From: Tricharina praecox
Taxonomy: Eukaryota
Length of the DNA: 64,000 bases
Assembly (NCBI RefSeq): GCF_024521635.1
Contig: NW_026250404.1
Coordinates: forward strand, 992,001 to 1,056,000
Reading direction: 5' to 3'
The notes beneath the pieces are model-generated. The model worked only from the letters and a program-made list of their open reading frames with translations. It had not been told where the DNA came from and searched no databases. The position numbers were made by a program, and so were the translations under genes. This document shows positions 1 through 11,600 of this stretch, one piece after another (the first letter of the stretch is position 1; every line of letters starts with the position of its first letter).

Positions 1-3000
1 TACTAAACTGGACCACTGCATCCGTATTTCCGAAGAGGACCTTGACATCGTCGGCGGTAACGGAATAACAAGCGTTGGCGGATCCCTTATAAATCTCCAC
101 CGCAACTGTCATATCCCTGAAGAAGGCGCTCTCCGTGTCGACGATCTCCTTGAGGAGATGGTGGCGCCTCCTTAGTCTCTTCTGATCCGGATCCTCGGGG
201 ACGGCCGCGACGATAGGCGCAGCTCCCCCTTGAATGGTCAAACTCCTTCTTGAATCGCTCAAACTTGATGGCGGCGAGTACTTGGTCTCCGAGCTCGGTC
301 GGTTTTGCGAGTACTGATCCATGCTTGGCCTCTGATCCATACTTGATCTCTGATCCATGCTTGATCTCTGATCCATGCTTGGTCTCTGATCCATACTTGA
401 TCTTTGATCCATCGAAGACCTACTATCCATGCTTGGCCGCTGGCCGGGCCCGGCATAGTAGTGCTCCGAGTTGTATGAAGACGTGCGATCAGACGACGGA
501 CGGAAGTCATAGTGCGCAGGAATCGAGTGAATTGCCAGTCCCAGTGGTTCGTTTCCGGACATGGCAAGACTTCTATGGTGAAGGGATGGGGGCGCACTGC
601 TGTATATAGATGAAGGTACGGGCGAGATATTCTTGGGCTTGTCCTTCTCCGGGGGAGGCGGTGGCCGGTCCTTCGGAGGTGGGGTCGGGGGTAGGGAGGA
701 GGAGTCGACTCCTATGGGTTGTCTGGGAGTTGTTGGTGTTTCGCCTCTGCCATCCGACTCCGGACTGAAGTCTGAAGATGTCGTCCAACCGTCATCTTCG
801 GGCAGCTGAAGTTCCAGGAAACTGTGCCTGGGGACAGCAGAGAGCGGCGTAGCTTCCTCGGAGCAAGAATAGTCGTCCAAGCTGTCTCGCGGCAGTGCCG
901 AGGGTGGTTCCGAGCACGATGTGTAATCATCGCTGTTATCGAGGTGCAGATCACGGCGGTCCTCCTCAAGCTCGTTGATCTTGCTGCTGTTGTCGTAGGA
1001 ACTTCGGTGCGAGTACCCTCCGGCGGGACTTCCATCGTTAACATAGCGATTGATCACTTCTTCTCCGTGATCGTCATATCGGGAATAGAACGAGTTGATA
1101 GTGCGTCTATCGTCAGAGAAAGTCGTCGCACCCAAGGGAGAAACTGTCGGTGTTTCGGAGTCTTCTGCGGGGATGTTGAAGCTAGGATTGTACCTTGTCC
1201 TCGTGTCGTAATGCTGTTGGGTAGAAGTCGTTGCAGTCCCATGCGTCCCCCTTTCTGGCGAGCTATCACCCTCACCCTCTTCATCCGTAGTCCACCCAAC
1301 TGAATTCGGGCGCAACATATTGGATATGTTGTACAAAGCGGGTCGAGTTGGAGAGTCGGGGGTGATGACAACAGATATCGGCGTTGCAGAGGTGCGGTTG
1401 CTGACGGAAGAATAAAAGGAAGGACTGTGAGACGAGCGATTGCGTTTTGCGGTGTAGGGATACTGCTCTGGCATAAAGAACTGACTGAACCGGGTCGATC
1501 TAAGGGGCGTGGGATCCGCTTCTACTTCGATGACAGGCTCGTGTGTCTTGGAGGCCACCTCTGTCTCCGCCGCTACCTGGGTTTCGACTTCAGCCTCAAC
1601 TTCCGTCATTTCCACTTCGGTGGTTTCCTCGCCGCTAGTGTCCTCCCAGGCATCTTGCTGATCACCTGCAGGAGAATCGATTGGCTCGGTAACATAGGTG
1701 TTTCGCTCGTCCACTCGTTCCGCTGCCCGATAGTCGACTTCGTCGCCGTCGTCGCTAGCGCCCCATGCACCAGGTATTATTAGCTCCCTCTCTACGGGCT
1801 CTTTGCGAGAGCTCCGAGTCTCGGGTGCGGCAGCAGTGGTGATCATGCTTTCGGTCGGCAGATGTATTTTCGCCATGATTTCTTCGGCCATCATATCCAA
1901 TTCCGGCTCCGTATCGTTGTTGCTGCTGTCTACCTTTCCGTTTTGCATTTCCTGCTGCTGCTGCTCTTGCTGTTTCTGTTGTTCCAGCCTAAATAGTTCC
2001 ATCTCCCGTTCACGCTTCAGCCGCTCCTGTTCCTCACGCTGCTCACGCTGCACGCGCTCCAGCCGCTCTTTCCGTTCCTGTTGTTCTTTCCGCTGCTGTT
2101 GCTCGCGCTTCAGCTGCTCCAGTTGTTCTTGTTGCTCTCGCTTCAACTGCTCTCGCTTCAACTGCTCCAGTTGCTCCTGCTGCTCTCGCTTTAGTTGCTG
2201 TAGTTGCTCCTGCTGTTCCAGTCGTTCCAGTCGCTCCAGTCGTTCCAATTCTTCCTGTTGCTCCTGATGCCGCTGCCACTCCTCTCGCTCTTGCTGCTCC
2301 TGTCGCTCTAGATCCGACTGCTGCCGTTGCTCCTCTTGTTGCTGCTCTTCTAGCTGCTCTAGCTGTTCGTGACGCTCAACCTGCTCCTCCTCAATCTTCT
2401 GCTCCTCCTCAATCTTCCGCTCCTGTACCTCTTCCTCCCGCTCCTCCTCATCCTCCTCCTGAATGCACGAATCCATAGTTGCGCCCTTCTTAGGGTCACT
2501 CTTGCCCTCCTCGTCGGATTCCTTAAGACTCTGATTCGATCTCGCCCGTCGTATCTGCTGTTCATTACTCTCCTTGAGTGTAAAGGCGTTCTGGATGCGT
2601 GCTCTCCTGGCCTCGAAGTCGATAGTTTCCAGCTCCGGGGGAACACCGCGTTTCCGCTCCTTCCGTTCGCCGGCCGAGGCCGCGGCCACCTTATTTTTCC
2701 CGCGCTGGAACGCATTGCTATCTTTCGCGGGCTGAAGCCTCTGGCGAGATGCGTGCGAGATCGTATTCGTGGGGGGTGGGAGGCGGTTTCCACGGGTGGA
2801 GCGGAGTGTCGGCGAGGATTTGGCGGGCGGCACCGAGATGTAGGCTGTCAGATTGGGGCTTTTGTCTCTGGTGGTAGGTTGCGGAGACCGTCTGGAACCG
2901 TGAGATGAAACGGCGGGAGGCGCTACGTTTCTCGTGGTGGATTTGGCACCGGCCGACGACGCGTTTGACTGTGCCGCAGGATGTTTGTCGAAGTCCCTCC

Positions 3001-3928
3001 ACAGGTCAGGGTCGAGTTGTATCTCAATGCCGGGTGAGCCGCTGGTTGACTCCAGATTCGAGCGACTTCGCCGGTGGTGTAGAGGTGGGTGCGACTCCGA
3101 CTGGGAGGCGCCGTCGCTCTCGTTGTCGGCCATGGACGCAGCCGATGGTGAAGGGGCCTCCATAGATCTGCTTCTCCGGTGGGTAGTCCTGCCCCTGGCT
3201 CGGGTATTTCTGGAAGCAAAGGAAGTCTGCAGGGGCGGCAATAATCTGTTGTCCGCGGAGAGATTATCAGACGACGCGGTACTCGATGAAGTCGATATTC
3301 TTCGTCCTGCTTTTGTCTGACGCGAATTGACAGTAGCAGTAGAGCGAGTGGTCGCACCGGTCCCCTTTGCAGCTGCAGATGCCGGTCTGCTGGAAGGTTG
3401 CCTTGCTGACCGTACGGACGGGGGGGCTGCACTGGCACTGGCAGACCGGCCCTTGTCCGCTGCAGCTGCACTCGCCTTCTTGAGCTCCGCAGCGCCGTTT
3501 GCCTTCCATGTTTGCGGTTTCCTGTTCTTCAAGCTAGTTGCCGAAGCAACATTAGCGGCTATGCGATTGGTCGGATTAGGTATCTTCTCGTCGGACGTTG
3601 TGTTAAAGCGGCTCACGATGTCCTTGAAGTGGTTGACATTCGCCGGCGCCGTCGACGTGTTGGCCCGCGATACCGGTGTCGTCGTGTTTGAGCGTGAGGT
3701 TGGTGTAGTGCTCCTGGGAGCCTGTTTATATGGCGAGACGTAGTTATTTTTTGCTGTGATGGCGGCGGATCGTGGTGTTATGGCAGGACGAGGTGGGTCT
3801 GGTTTGGAGGAGGACGAGGAGGAGGAAGACGGTGATTTCTGTGGGGTCCGGGGCACGGCATCAGAGAGCGAGCTCTCTTTGGAGGGATGGACAGCAGGGA
3901 CATTCGGGACTGGTGCGCCTGCGGGCAT
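1..3928 (-). CDS. Large Dbl-homology RhoGEF (dynamin-binding-protein-like fungal RhoGEF), 5' part; continues beyond position 1
   Basis: ATG at 3928 (MPAGAPVPNVPAVHPSKESS...) is in the same minus-strand frame as the segment ending at position 1, which reads DPDQKRLRRRHHLLKEIVDTESAFFRDMTVAVEIYKGSANACYSVTADDVKVLFGNTDAVVQFS, a typical start of a DH domain. Absent from the ORF track, consistent with no stop inside the window. A probable 5'UTR intron lies at ~4163-4266. Confidence 0.85.
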   Translation of the reverse strand, partial: MPAGAPVPNVPAVHPSKESSLSDAVPRTPQKSPSSSSSSSSKPDPPRPAITPRSAAITAKNNYVSPYKQAPRSTTPTSRSNTTTPVSRANTSTAPANVNHFKDIVSRFNTTSDEKIPNPTNRIAANVASATSLKNRKPQTWKANGAAELKKASAAAADKGRSASASAAPPSVRSARQPSSRPASAAAKGTGATTRSTATVNSRQTKAGRRISTSSSTASSDNLSADNRLLPPLQTSFASRNTRARGRTTHRRSRSMEAPSPSAASMADNESDGASQSESHPPLHHRRSRSNLESTSGSPGIEIQLDPDLWRDFDKHPAAQSNASSAGAKSTTRNVAPPAVSSHGSRRSPQPTTRDKSPNLTAYISVPPAKSSPTLRSTRGNRLPPPTNTISHASRQRLQPAKDSNAFQRGKNKVAAASAGERKERKRGVPPELETIDFEARRARIQNAFTLKESNEQQIRRARSNQSLKESDEEGKSDPKKGATMDSCIQEEDEEEREEEVQERKIEEEQKIEEEQVERHEQLEQLEEQQQEEQRQQSDLERQEQQEREEWQRHQEQQEELERLERLERLEQQEQLQQLKREQQEQLEQLKREQLKREQQEQLEQLKREQQQRKEQQERKERLERVQREQREEQERLKREREMELFRLEQQKQQEQQQQEMQNGKVDSSNNDTEPELDMMAEEIMAKIHLPTESMITTAAAPETRSSRKEPVERELIIPGAWGASDDGDEVDYRAAERVDERNTYVTEPIDSPAGDQQDAWEDTSGEETTEVEMTEVEAEVETQVAAETEVASKTHEPVIEVEADPTPLRSTRFSQFFMPEQYPYTAKRNRSSHSPSFYSSVSNRTSATPISVVITPDSPTRPALYNISNMLRPNSVGWTTDEEGEGDSSPERGTHGTATTSTQQHYDTRTRYNPSFNIPAEDSETPTVSPLGATTFSDDRRTINSFYSRYDDHGEEVINRYVNDGSPAGGYSHRSSYDNSSKINELEEDRRDLHLDNSDDYTSCSEPPSALPRDSLDDYSCSEEATPLSAVPRHSFLELQLPEDDGWTTSSDFSPESDGRGETPTTPRQPIGVDSSSLPPTPPPKDRPPPPPEKDKPKNISPVPSSIYSSAPPSLHHRSLAMSGNEPLGLAIHSIPAHYDFRPSSDRTSSYNSEHYYAGPGQRPSMDSRSSMDQRSSMDQRPSMDQRSSMDQRSSMDQRPSMDQYSQNRPSSETKYSPPSSLSDSRRSLTIQGGAAPIVAAVPEDPDQKRLRRRHHLLKEIVDTESAFFRDMTVAVEIYKGSANACYSVTADDVKVLFGNTDAVVQFS
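314..437 (-). repeat. 18-bp tandem repeat inside the RhoGEF encoding R-[PS]-S-M-D-Q, about 6-7 copies
   Basis: GATCCAT(G/A)CTTG(G/A)(C/T)CTCT repeated on +; in the RhoGEF frame it reads RPSMDS RSSMDQ RSSMDQ RPSMDQ... Confidence 0.85.
1950..2460 (-). repeat. Low-complexity Glu/Gln/Arg coiled-coil repeats (EQLKREQQ, LERLER) within the RhoGEF
   Basis: Degenerate repeats such as TGCTCTCGCTTCAACTGC on +; translation rich in E/Q/R/L. Confidence 0.8.
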
Positions 3929-6194
3929 TATTGCAGCAGCACATGTGGGTATAATCGGCGACAGCGTTCGTGAGTATCACGTCACCCGTGGAGAGATGCG
4001 GCGGCGGCGCCCTACACTTCTGTTTTGGCAGTGTATGGGGCCGGAAGGCAAGGGGCAAGGTGGGGAGGGCAGCACCCGATTCCGGGGGTGTCGGTTTATT
4101 GAGCGTTCAGAGTGAATATCGCAGGCTGGTTTTCCACGGCGGAGGTGAAGAGGGGGGAGGATCTGGGCAAGAAACATTCAACGTCAGACGCCATACACGC
4201 AATGTGTGCAAAAGCAGGCAGATAGTGAGAAGCAACAACGGGGCGTGTGTGGGATGGTACACATACCTTTGTTTCGGGGAGCGAAGACGGTGATGGAAGA
4301 GCAACACGCCAGCTTCCTCTACTCGACTACGACTACTACTGGAGGTGGTGGTGCTGGTACTGCTATCGTGTGCTGATGGCAGATGGCTGCAGTCGACTCT
4401 GCGGATCGAAAACAAGCGGGCGTCGGCAGGTGCGAGGCGGCTTGGGGGGGAGGGGGGAGGGGATATGCAAGCGGCACAAAACAGAAGCGAGGGAAGTGAA
4501 CGATAAACGAGTCTCGGCAGGAGGGAGGATATGGGATGGTGGTGGTGGTGGTGGTGGTGGGAGGAGGTTCCGTCTCGCTCGGAATCGAGCAGGTGAGTGC
4601 GGACCTGTAGCCAATCTGTCCGTTCCGTGAGAATCTGGAAGGGAACAAGACCTGTCGGGGAGCGGAGGAAAGAGTGTGCGGGACTCGCGTGCCGAGCTGT
4701 CGATGGGATGGGAGAAGGACGAGGGCGCGAGGGCGAGGAGTAGCAGGACGAGGAGTGAGGTTTGAGTTGGGCACTAACTACCAGTCGGCACTAGGAGCGG
4801 AGAGCTAGGTCACTTCTGTAGCGGCGGTATCTCTGGAGTGGCTGATGGCTTGCCCGCTCGTTCAGCTTGCAGGAGGATGGCTTCGGCGTGGTCGGCTCCA
4901 ACGTGAGTGGCGTACCGTACGTCTGCGGAGCGTGATTACTTTCTTCGCGATGGAGAGATGGGCGAAGAGATGGCGAGGGGGTGCAGAGTGGGGGAGAGAA
5001 AACGAGAGAAAGGGATGTTTTTTTTGGCAAGTTGCAGGAAGCAGTTAAACTATTGATTAAATTAATTGGGCGGTTCGTGCCAGGTTTAGACAGAGCGACG
5101 AGACGAGACAGGACACAACCTTCGACGCTGGAGAGGTTGCACACGACTCGTTCTTGCTCGGCGGTTGTCAGCCGCTGTGCAGGCGAGAAGGGGGGAAGGG
5201 AGGAGGATGGTTGGTGCGGAGGGTGGGCTGTGGAAGAGGCGGAGGAGGGGGAGGAGGGGGTGGTGGTGGTGGAACCAGTGGAACCAGTGGAGCTATGGTG
5301 GTGTGTGTGCGAGTGTGTGGCAGGAAGGGTGCAACTATGCACCGAGGAACCGGTAGCTGGGGAAGGGTAGGACCTCTAAGCACGCAGATTGTTCGGTGCT
5401 TTGGAGGCCTGGTATGAGGCATGCACGAGGCTGATGGCTTCCGACAGCAACGGAGAGAGGCTCTGGAGACGAACGACATGTTCCCGCAGGATCGCAGACT
5501 TGAAGATCGCACGGAGAGGCCTGTGTAACCGTCTCCCCTGAGTACATGCTAGCGAAGCGACTTCACCGTGGGTTTCGGTCTGTGGGCTCTTGGGGCGACT
5601 GTGGGCCCATCAGGCCTCCGGTGGGGCATATGGCCACACAGCGGGTGTTTGACAGGGCACCAAAACGATCGATTTGGGACAGGTGTCGGATGCGTTCGCA
5701 CGATGCAGCGGATTTATTGGCTCGACACAGCGGCTTTATTAACTCGCCATGCCGAGCGTATTGACTCGACCCATCTGATCGTATTGACTCGGTCATTGTG
5801 CGCATTCGGAACTGGCCGAGAAGGGAGCTCCGGACCCATTTTCCGATCCCTTAACGCCGCCCCAGCCCGGGCCGCCCCCCTTCTGCCCCCTACCCCCTCG
5901 TAGAGGAGGTAGAGTAAGCATATAAATTGGGATTTGTCTCGGAGCTGTCTGCTCGCATTCAACGTTGAAAACCCATGCCTCTTCTCTTCTCTTCCCTTCT
6001 CTTCTCTTCCCTTCTCTTCGATATTTACTCGCCATCCCTACCTACCCCTCCTCTCGTCCTTTGCCCGAGCCGGCGTCTGCCCTTCACTCTTCGCATTGCC
6101 CTCCATCAACACCAAGGACGGTTGCACGACTCGAGCTCAACAGCAAGCTAAACGAATACGGTAGTCCGGCCTATTGAAACCCCACCACCCTCAG

Positions 6195-7453
6195 TACAGC
6201 TGCCGTCACTGTTCGAATTGGCGATCACAGGCAGTTGCCCAGCTATCTCGACGCGGAGGGAGACCTTCGAAGATGTCGAAATCGATGGCGTGAGCTAGCT
6301 TCTGAAGATACCTTCTATGACTTCCGCAAGTCGTTCCAGCACACGATTCTCTGCGCCAGTCCGAAGCTCAGAGAACAGTCGATTCTGTCTTCGACGCACT
6401 CGATGACGTCATAGTCTCTCACAGTATCCCGGGAAGCAGCGAGTACGTCGGTTTCGGGGAAGCATCCAGGGCTGGCACCTAACAGGTGTTGTACATACGA
6501 AGCGATACGGGCCGGGATACGGATGCACTCTATGGGGAGAGGCTTTTGAAGTGCAGAAAGCCCCACCGCTTGCGCAAAACCAGGGTTCTTGTGGAAGACG
6601 GTGGATATTCGGGTGTGCAGGAACGGGTCCTCCCACGGACGGAGCTGGAGTTGCAACTTGCCGAGCCTTCGCTGGATATCGTCGTCTGGTATGCGGCCCC
6701 AGAAAGAACTTCACAGCGGTTGTCGGAAATGCTAAAGTGTGCGTCCTTACAGACAGACCGAACGCCAATCGGCCTGTTCCGCGTCACTCGAGCCATGAAT
6801 AACTGGTGATGGTCACCCTGCAGAAGTACAAAGGTTGAAAAACTCTTTACGCAAAAAGCTCTGTTTTTGCGTAAATTCGATGTCATCCAGGACAGACGCA
6901 GCCTATGGGACCATACTCGCGGGTATGATTCCGTGCTTCAGCCTTCGGGAAACGCCAAGTGGCCTCACCGTAAACGGTTCCAATATCTACATATCTACAG
7001 TACCTAGGAGCAGCCAGTCAGACGCGGAAGATCCCCCAGCCTATCTTTTGTCCTGCTACCTAACAATAAGCTCTATAGAAGGGTACGGTATAATCACATG
7101 TCACTGTGTTTTCGGCGACCTGTGATGTCGCTGGAGGTTGGCGTGCGGCTCGCTCGCTCTGTCTGCTGCTGACGGCAAGTCTCGGAAAGTCAAAGGGAAG
7201 GAGCCTGGAGCCCCGCCACCTCAAGCAGCACCACCACGCTGAGACCTCTACCGTACCTACCGCGCAGGATGTTTATTCGGGAATGGTGGTCGCGGTCTCT
7301 TCAACAGAGGCGGAAATTCGTTGTGATGGGACCTATCAGCTCACCTCCGAGCGGCGAGTTCTACTGGAGGCTGACGGTTGGAAAATCGGATGCCATCACA
7401 TCAACACCCGTCAACGCAGAGAACCTTCAACCAACGCCCGCGGACGCTATTAG
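6195..7453 (+). pseudogene. Possible decayed F-box-type gene relic
   Basis: TATAAA at ~5921 and a CT-rich leader precede frame-shifted fragments LPSLFELAI / SYLDAEGDLRRCRNRWRELASEDTFY resembling an F-box motif. Downstream protein-like frames are broken by stops. Confidence 0.3.
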
Positions 7454-8695
7454 GTATTCAAGATCGCAACCTCCCGTGAACATCGGCTCATGCAAGATGT
7501 AAACTCTCCAATATCTTTACATCACATTTCTTATTATTCGGTTTAAAGGCATCGCTATGTAGAGCTCTTGAGAGCAACTCCTCAGGTTGTGTTTTTCTAG
7601 TTTATGTAGTACCATATGGCATACATACGGGTCATTCCGAAAAGGAAACAAACACTTCCCTGACGCCTCGTAACTCGTTAGCTTTGGCCATGAGCGACTC
7701 GTGAATGGCGGGCGTGAAATGAATGAGCGAAGAAAAGGAAGCTGAAGCTGCTGATCATGACTTCGGCGATGATGATGGATGGGATGGGATGTGATGGGAT
7801 GGGATGCCTCACCGAATCCCGCCCGCGCGCAATTTGTGAGGTTGGTACTGCCATTGAGGAGTTAACCGCCCCCAATCGCCGTGGAATGTACGATACCGCC
7901 ACCGACCACCGACCACCGGCCACCGCAGATCTCTCTCTCTTTGATGACGGTGGTGCATTTCTGTCTGAGCCAACCAACCGCCGCCGCCGCCAGCCAGGCC
8001 GAGGGGGCGGAGAAACAGACACATGCATGAAATGCCCTTCCTCCCGCCTCCCGCCCCCTTCTACCTCCTCCTCCTCATTTTTCAGACATCAGCCGCTCCT
8101 GCCCCTACCCCCGATAACGGGTTACGGGAGAACTCTCCAAGTTGATTAGCACTGGGCAGTGCGTGTGTTGAGGCAGGCGGGCGCACTTTGGGCTTGGGCT
8201 TGAACTTGAACTTGGCCTCGAAGCTCAATTCGGTATTCTACATGATAAGGATCACTTCGAGTCTCGACATCGGACATATGTATATATGGATTGAAGGTTC
8301 GTCCTATTTTTGGAATTTTGGCACGCCGCGGCCCGCCGGGCGAGCGACTCACGGGCGAGCAACGCGCGATGTCCACAATCAGTGATCACATCGCGTCGCC
8401 CTGAGCCCTCAACCTTCCCAGTGCCCGCGCCTTGCCTGTCCTACTTACGGACGTCGGACAACCAACCAACCAAACCAACCAAACCCACAGCACAGCAGAT
8501 CCGCGCTCAACAATCACCACCACTACCATCACCACCACCAGCAGAAAAACAAGACCCAGATATCAATAACTTCAAAGGATACTTGGATCTTGGTATTATT
8601 GTACAATTCGGCTACGCACTTCTTCTCGTGTTCCATATCTCATGTAATTTTCTCGTTCTAGGTAGTTCCTGGGCTTGTCAAACAAACTGGGAAAC

Positions 8696-11600
8696 ATGGC
8701 ACCCAAACGCAAGCTCCCACAGTTCTTACACCACCCAGATCAATTCCGTAGCAAACGTACCCGCGTAGCTGCGGCAGCAGCTGCGGCGGGGGCTGCTCCT
8801 GCTCCTGCGGCGGGTGCTGCGGCGGTGGGGATGGCGGGGCCGGTTTCACACCCAGTGCTATCCCTATACTTTGCGGAGCTACACACGCTGCGGGAGTACC
8901 TTGCGAGATTCCTGGCGGCCAGTAAGGCTGGCCGCCGGCGGGGAGGGGAGCTGAGAGGTATTGGTGCTGTTGTGGATGCAGAACTGGCGGCGCTGCTGGA
9001 TGGGGTTGTGGTCGGGGTGAGAGATGTCCCGCCTGCGGCAGGAAACAGTGGCGGTGGTGGAGAGGGAGATTGGGATGGGGATGGGGATGGAGAGGAGGAG
9101 GAGGAGGAGATTGCAGAGCCGGGAAGGAGCCTGCCGAATGCCGATATCTCGCAATCGGATGTAAGCCTGTTCCCGACCCGCCCTTAACCCCCACCTAGCC
9201 CACCCCGATGCCAGATGGTGGATGAGCGAGCTAACTGCCATCCGGCCCCCCCATCGCAGCTCGTCGACCTCGTACTCAACATATTATTTCGCCAGGCCAT
9301 CAACGCTCCCAAGGGGTCGCTTCACGCCGTGTACCCCGGCAAGCCGAACCACATCCTGTCACTTGGGTATGCGATCCACACGCCGGCGATTCACTCCGCG
9401 GGCATGGGTGTTGGCGACAATGATCGAGCCGAGTACCACGTGCTCCCCGGCGCACTCACGGTCCCGCTCGTCAATAGGTATCCCAATAGCCATGTCAACA
9501 CGCTGAAATCGCGGGTGTGGCAGCGCCTCCTGCGAGTGGTTGGCGATGCTGCGATGGTACACCTGCTGCTGGGGACGAGCGTGTTTGTGCCCGTTGGTGG
9601 GAAGGAGAGAGGGACGTATTATCAACTGTCAGGTGAGCGCTTTTTTTCTTTTACTCTGCTTTTGAGAGAAGGGATGGGTGGGGGAGCGAGGGGTGGGGGG
9701 TGGAGGGGGGATTGATATGCCGATTACGTTTTGCAAAGCGCTCCGGCTGTGGAGGCCAGCCCATTTCAATTGGGCGGCCCGCCGGCGGAGGACTTTCGTC
9801 GCGGCGTGCCCGGCCACGGAAGCATTACGTTCGCAACGGCAGTTGTAAAAAGAAAATGATTTCCCTGATGCACTCACTCCTGAGCTGGACATCCGACTAC
9901 CTATCTACCTACAGACTACTCTAGAAAGAGCACAATTTCGGCTGCTGAACTCTGTCTATATGTTTTTTCGCACTTCATATGTAGAGTATATCTCGATATT
10001 GATTACTCGGCTGACATCTCGTACCTGCACCGACATAAATAGGCCCGCCGATTTCCGATGCACTGAACGATGTCGCTGAAAGCTTCGCGGGGCCAGGTAC
10101 AGGCCCAGATACTACAGGTCCAGCAGTGGGGGCGCTAGGGAAATTCCAGGGACACGGGCCATCCGTGAAACGCCCAACGTCGGAGATTGACAGAGCTGCC
10201 AAGGATCGGGTCGAGCAGCAGCAGCAGCAGAGAGAGGCGAATGTTGATCTCAAGGAGCAGAAGACGAAGAAGACGAAGAACGAGAAGAACGAGAAGAAGA
10301 AGATCACAGGGAATACTAGTAGTGTTCATAAGATTGGTGAGCAGGAGGCAGTGGGCACGGACGCCAAAACACATGGCCAGGGCCAGGGAGGAGGAGGAGC
10401 AGCAGCAGCAAAGAAGGATCCCGGAACAACATATGGCAACATCGTCTTCGTCAGGTCCCGCATGTTCTATGCCCGCCCCGTGTGCAACAATACGGGACAC
10501 ATCAGATTTGGACTCAGACACATCCGTATGTTTACTCTATGCTCGCTCACCCTCTTTCTTTATATTCGGTTTGTCTACATACTGAGTCGTCACAGACGTT
10601 CTCAACCGCATCCCGCACAACGCCGCTGGAGCGCGTGACGTCTTGAAGTACCTATTCCCACGCCAGCACGGCCTGCACAATGTGTTCACGTCTTCGGTGG
10701 ACCGAAGGACAACCGTGCAGCCGCTTCAAGATTACACACTGCGGGAAAAAGAAATCCATGACAAAGCGAAAGCCCGTTCTGTGGTGCCGCGCAGACTCAG
10801 AGCTACCGGGGTTCTACTGCTGGTCGAAAAGATGCAGAGATTGCATCAAAGTTGTTCGTACCATGCGCTGGTGATGCACTACTGTCCGGCAAAGGTGAGT
10901 TACGGTACTTTTTGTTTTTATTTTGTTTTGTTCCCACTCTACCGCGCATATGTGAGGAATATTAAACTAAGTTTTTATTTTTTATTTACGTTCACAAGTT
11001 GTGTGATCCCGATGCTCCAGATAGACGACTTCGCCGTCATGCGCAGCAGCAGCAGCAGTCGGATGATGCATCGGCGGCGGCGGAGGTTCCCGATAGTAGC
11101 GATTTAGGCACGCAGAAGAAGACGAATCCCTCGGCGATCCTAGGATCCGGATCGACGACTGCAGGCGATCAAATACCGGTGCTTCAAAATAGCGGCAACG
11201 AACGATTCACGGAATTCGCATCGTCTGCGGGAGAAGTGTCGGGGTTCGTCAAGGCGGTCGTCAACCGAGTGATTCCAGATGATTTTTTCGGGACCGACGA
11301 AAACAGAAAGATTCTGCTCAGGATGATCGACCGGTTCATTAAGCTGCGCCGCTACGAGAGCTTCTCTCTTCATGATGTTATGCAAGGGTTGAAGGCATGT
11401 CGGACCCTCCCCCCAGTATTCTACCACCCCGGTGGGACCTGTAGTTTAGTCAAGGAAAAGTGGTCTGACATATTCATTGACCGTACAGTTGACCGAGATT
11501 GATTGGCTCCGACCACCCAACATCGATCGGGCGCAGAAGATATCCCAAACGGACTTCTCAAAGCGCCAGGAGCTGCTAGCAGAGTTCGTATATTGGCTCT

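Noticed and set aside
314..437. Regular direct repeats resembling a CRISPR array
   Set aside because: No spacers; an in-frame 18-bp coding repeat in a eukaryotic gene.
1803..2908. Cys/Ser- and Leu-rich plus-strand ORFs
   Set aside because: Antisense shadows of the RhoGEF Glu/Gln repeats.
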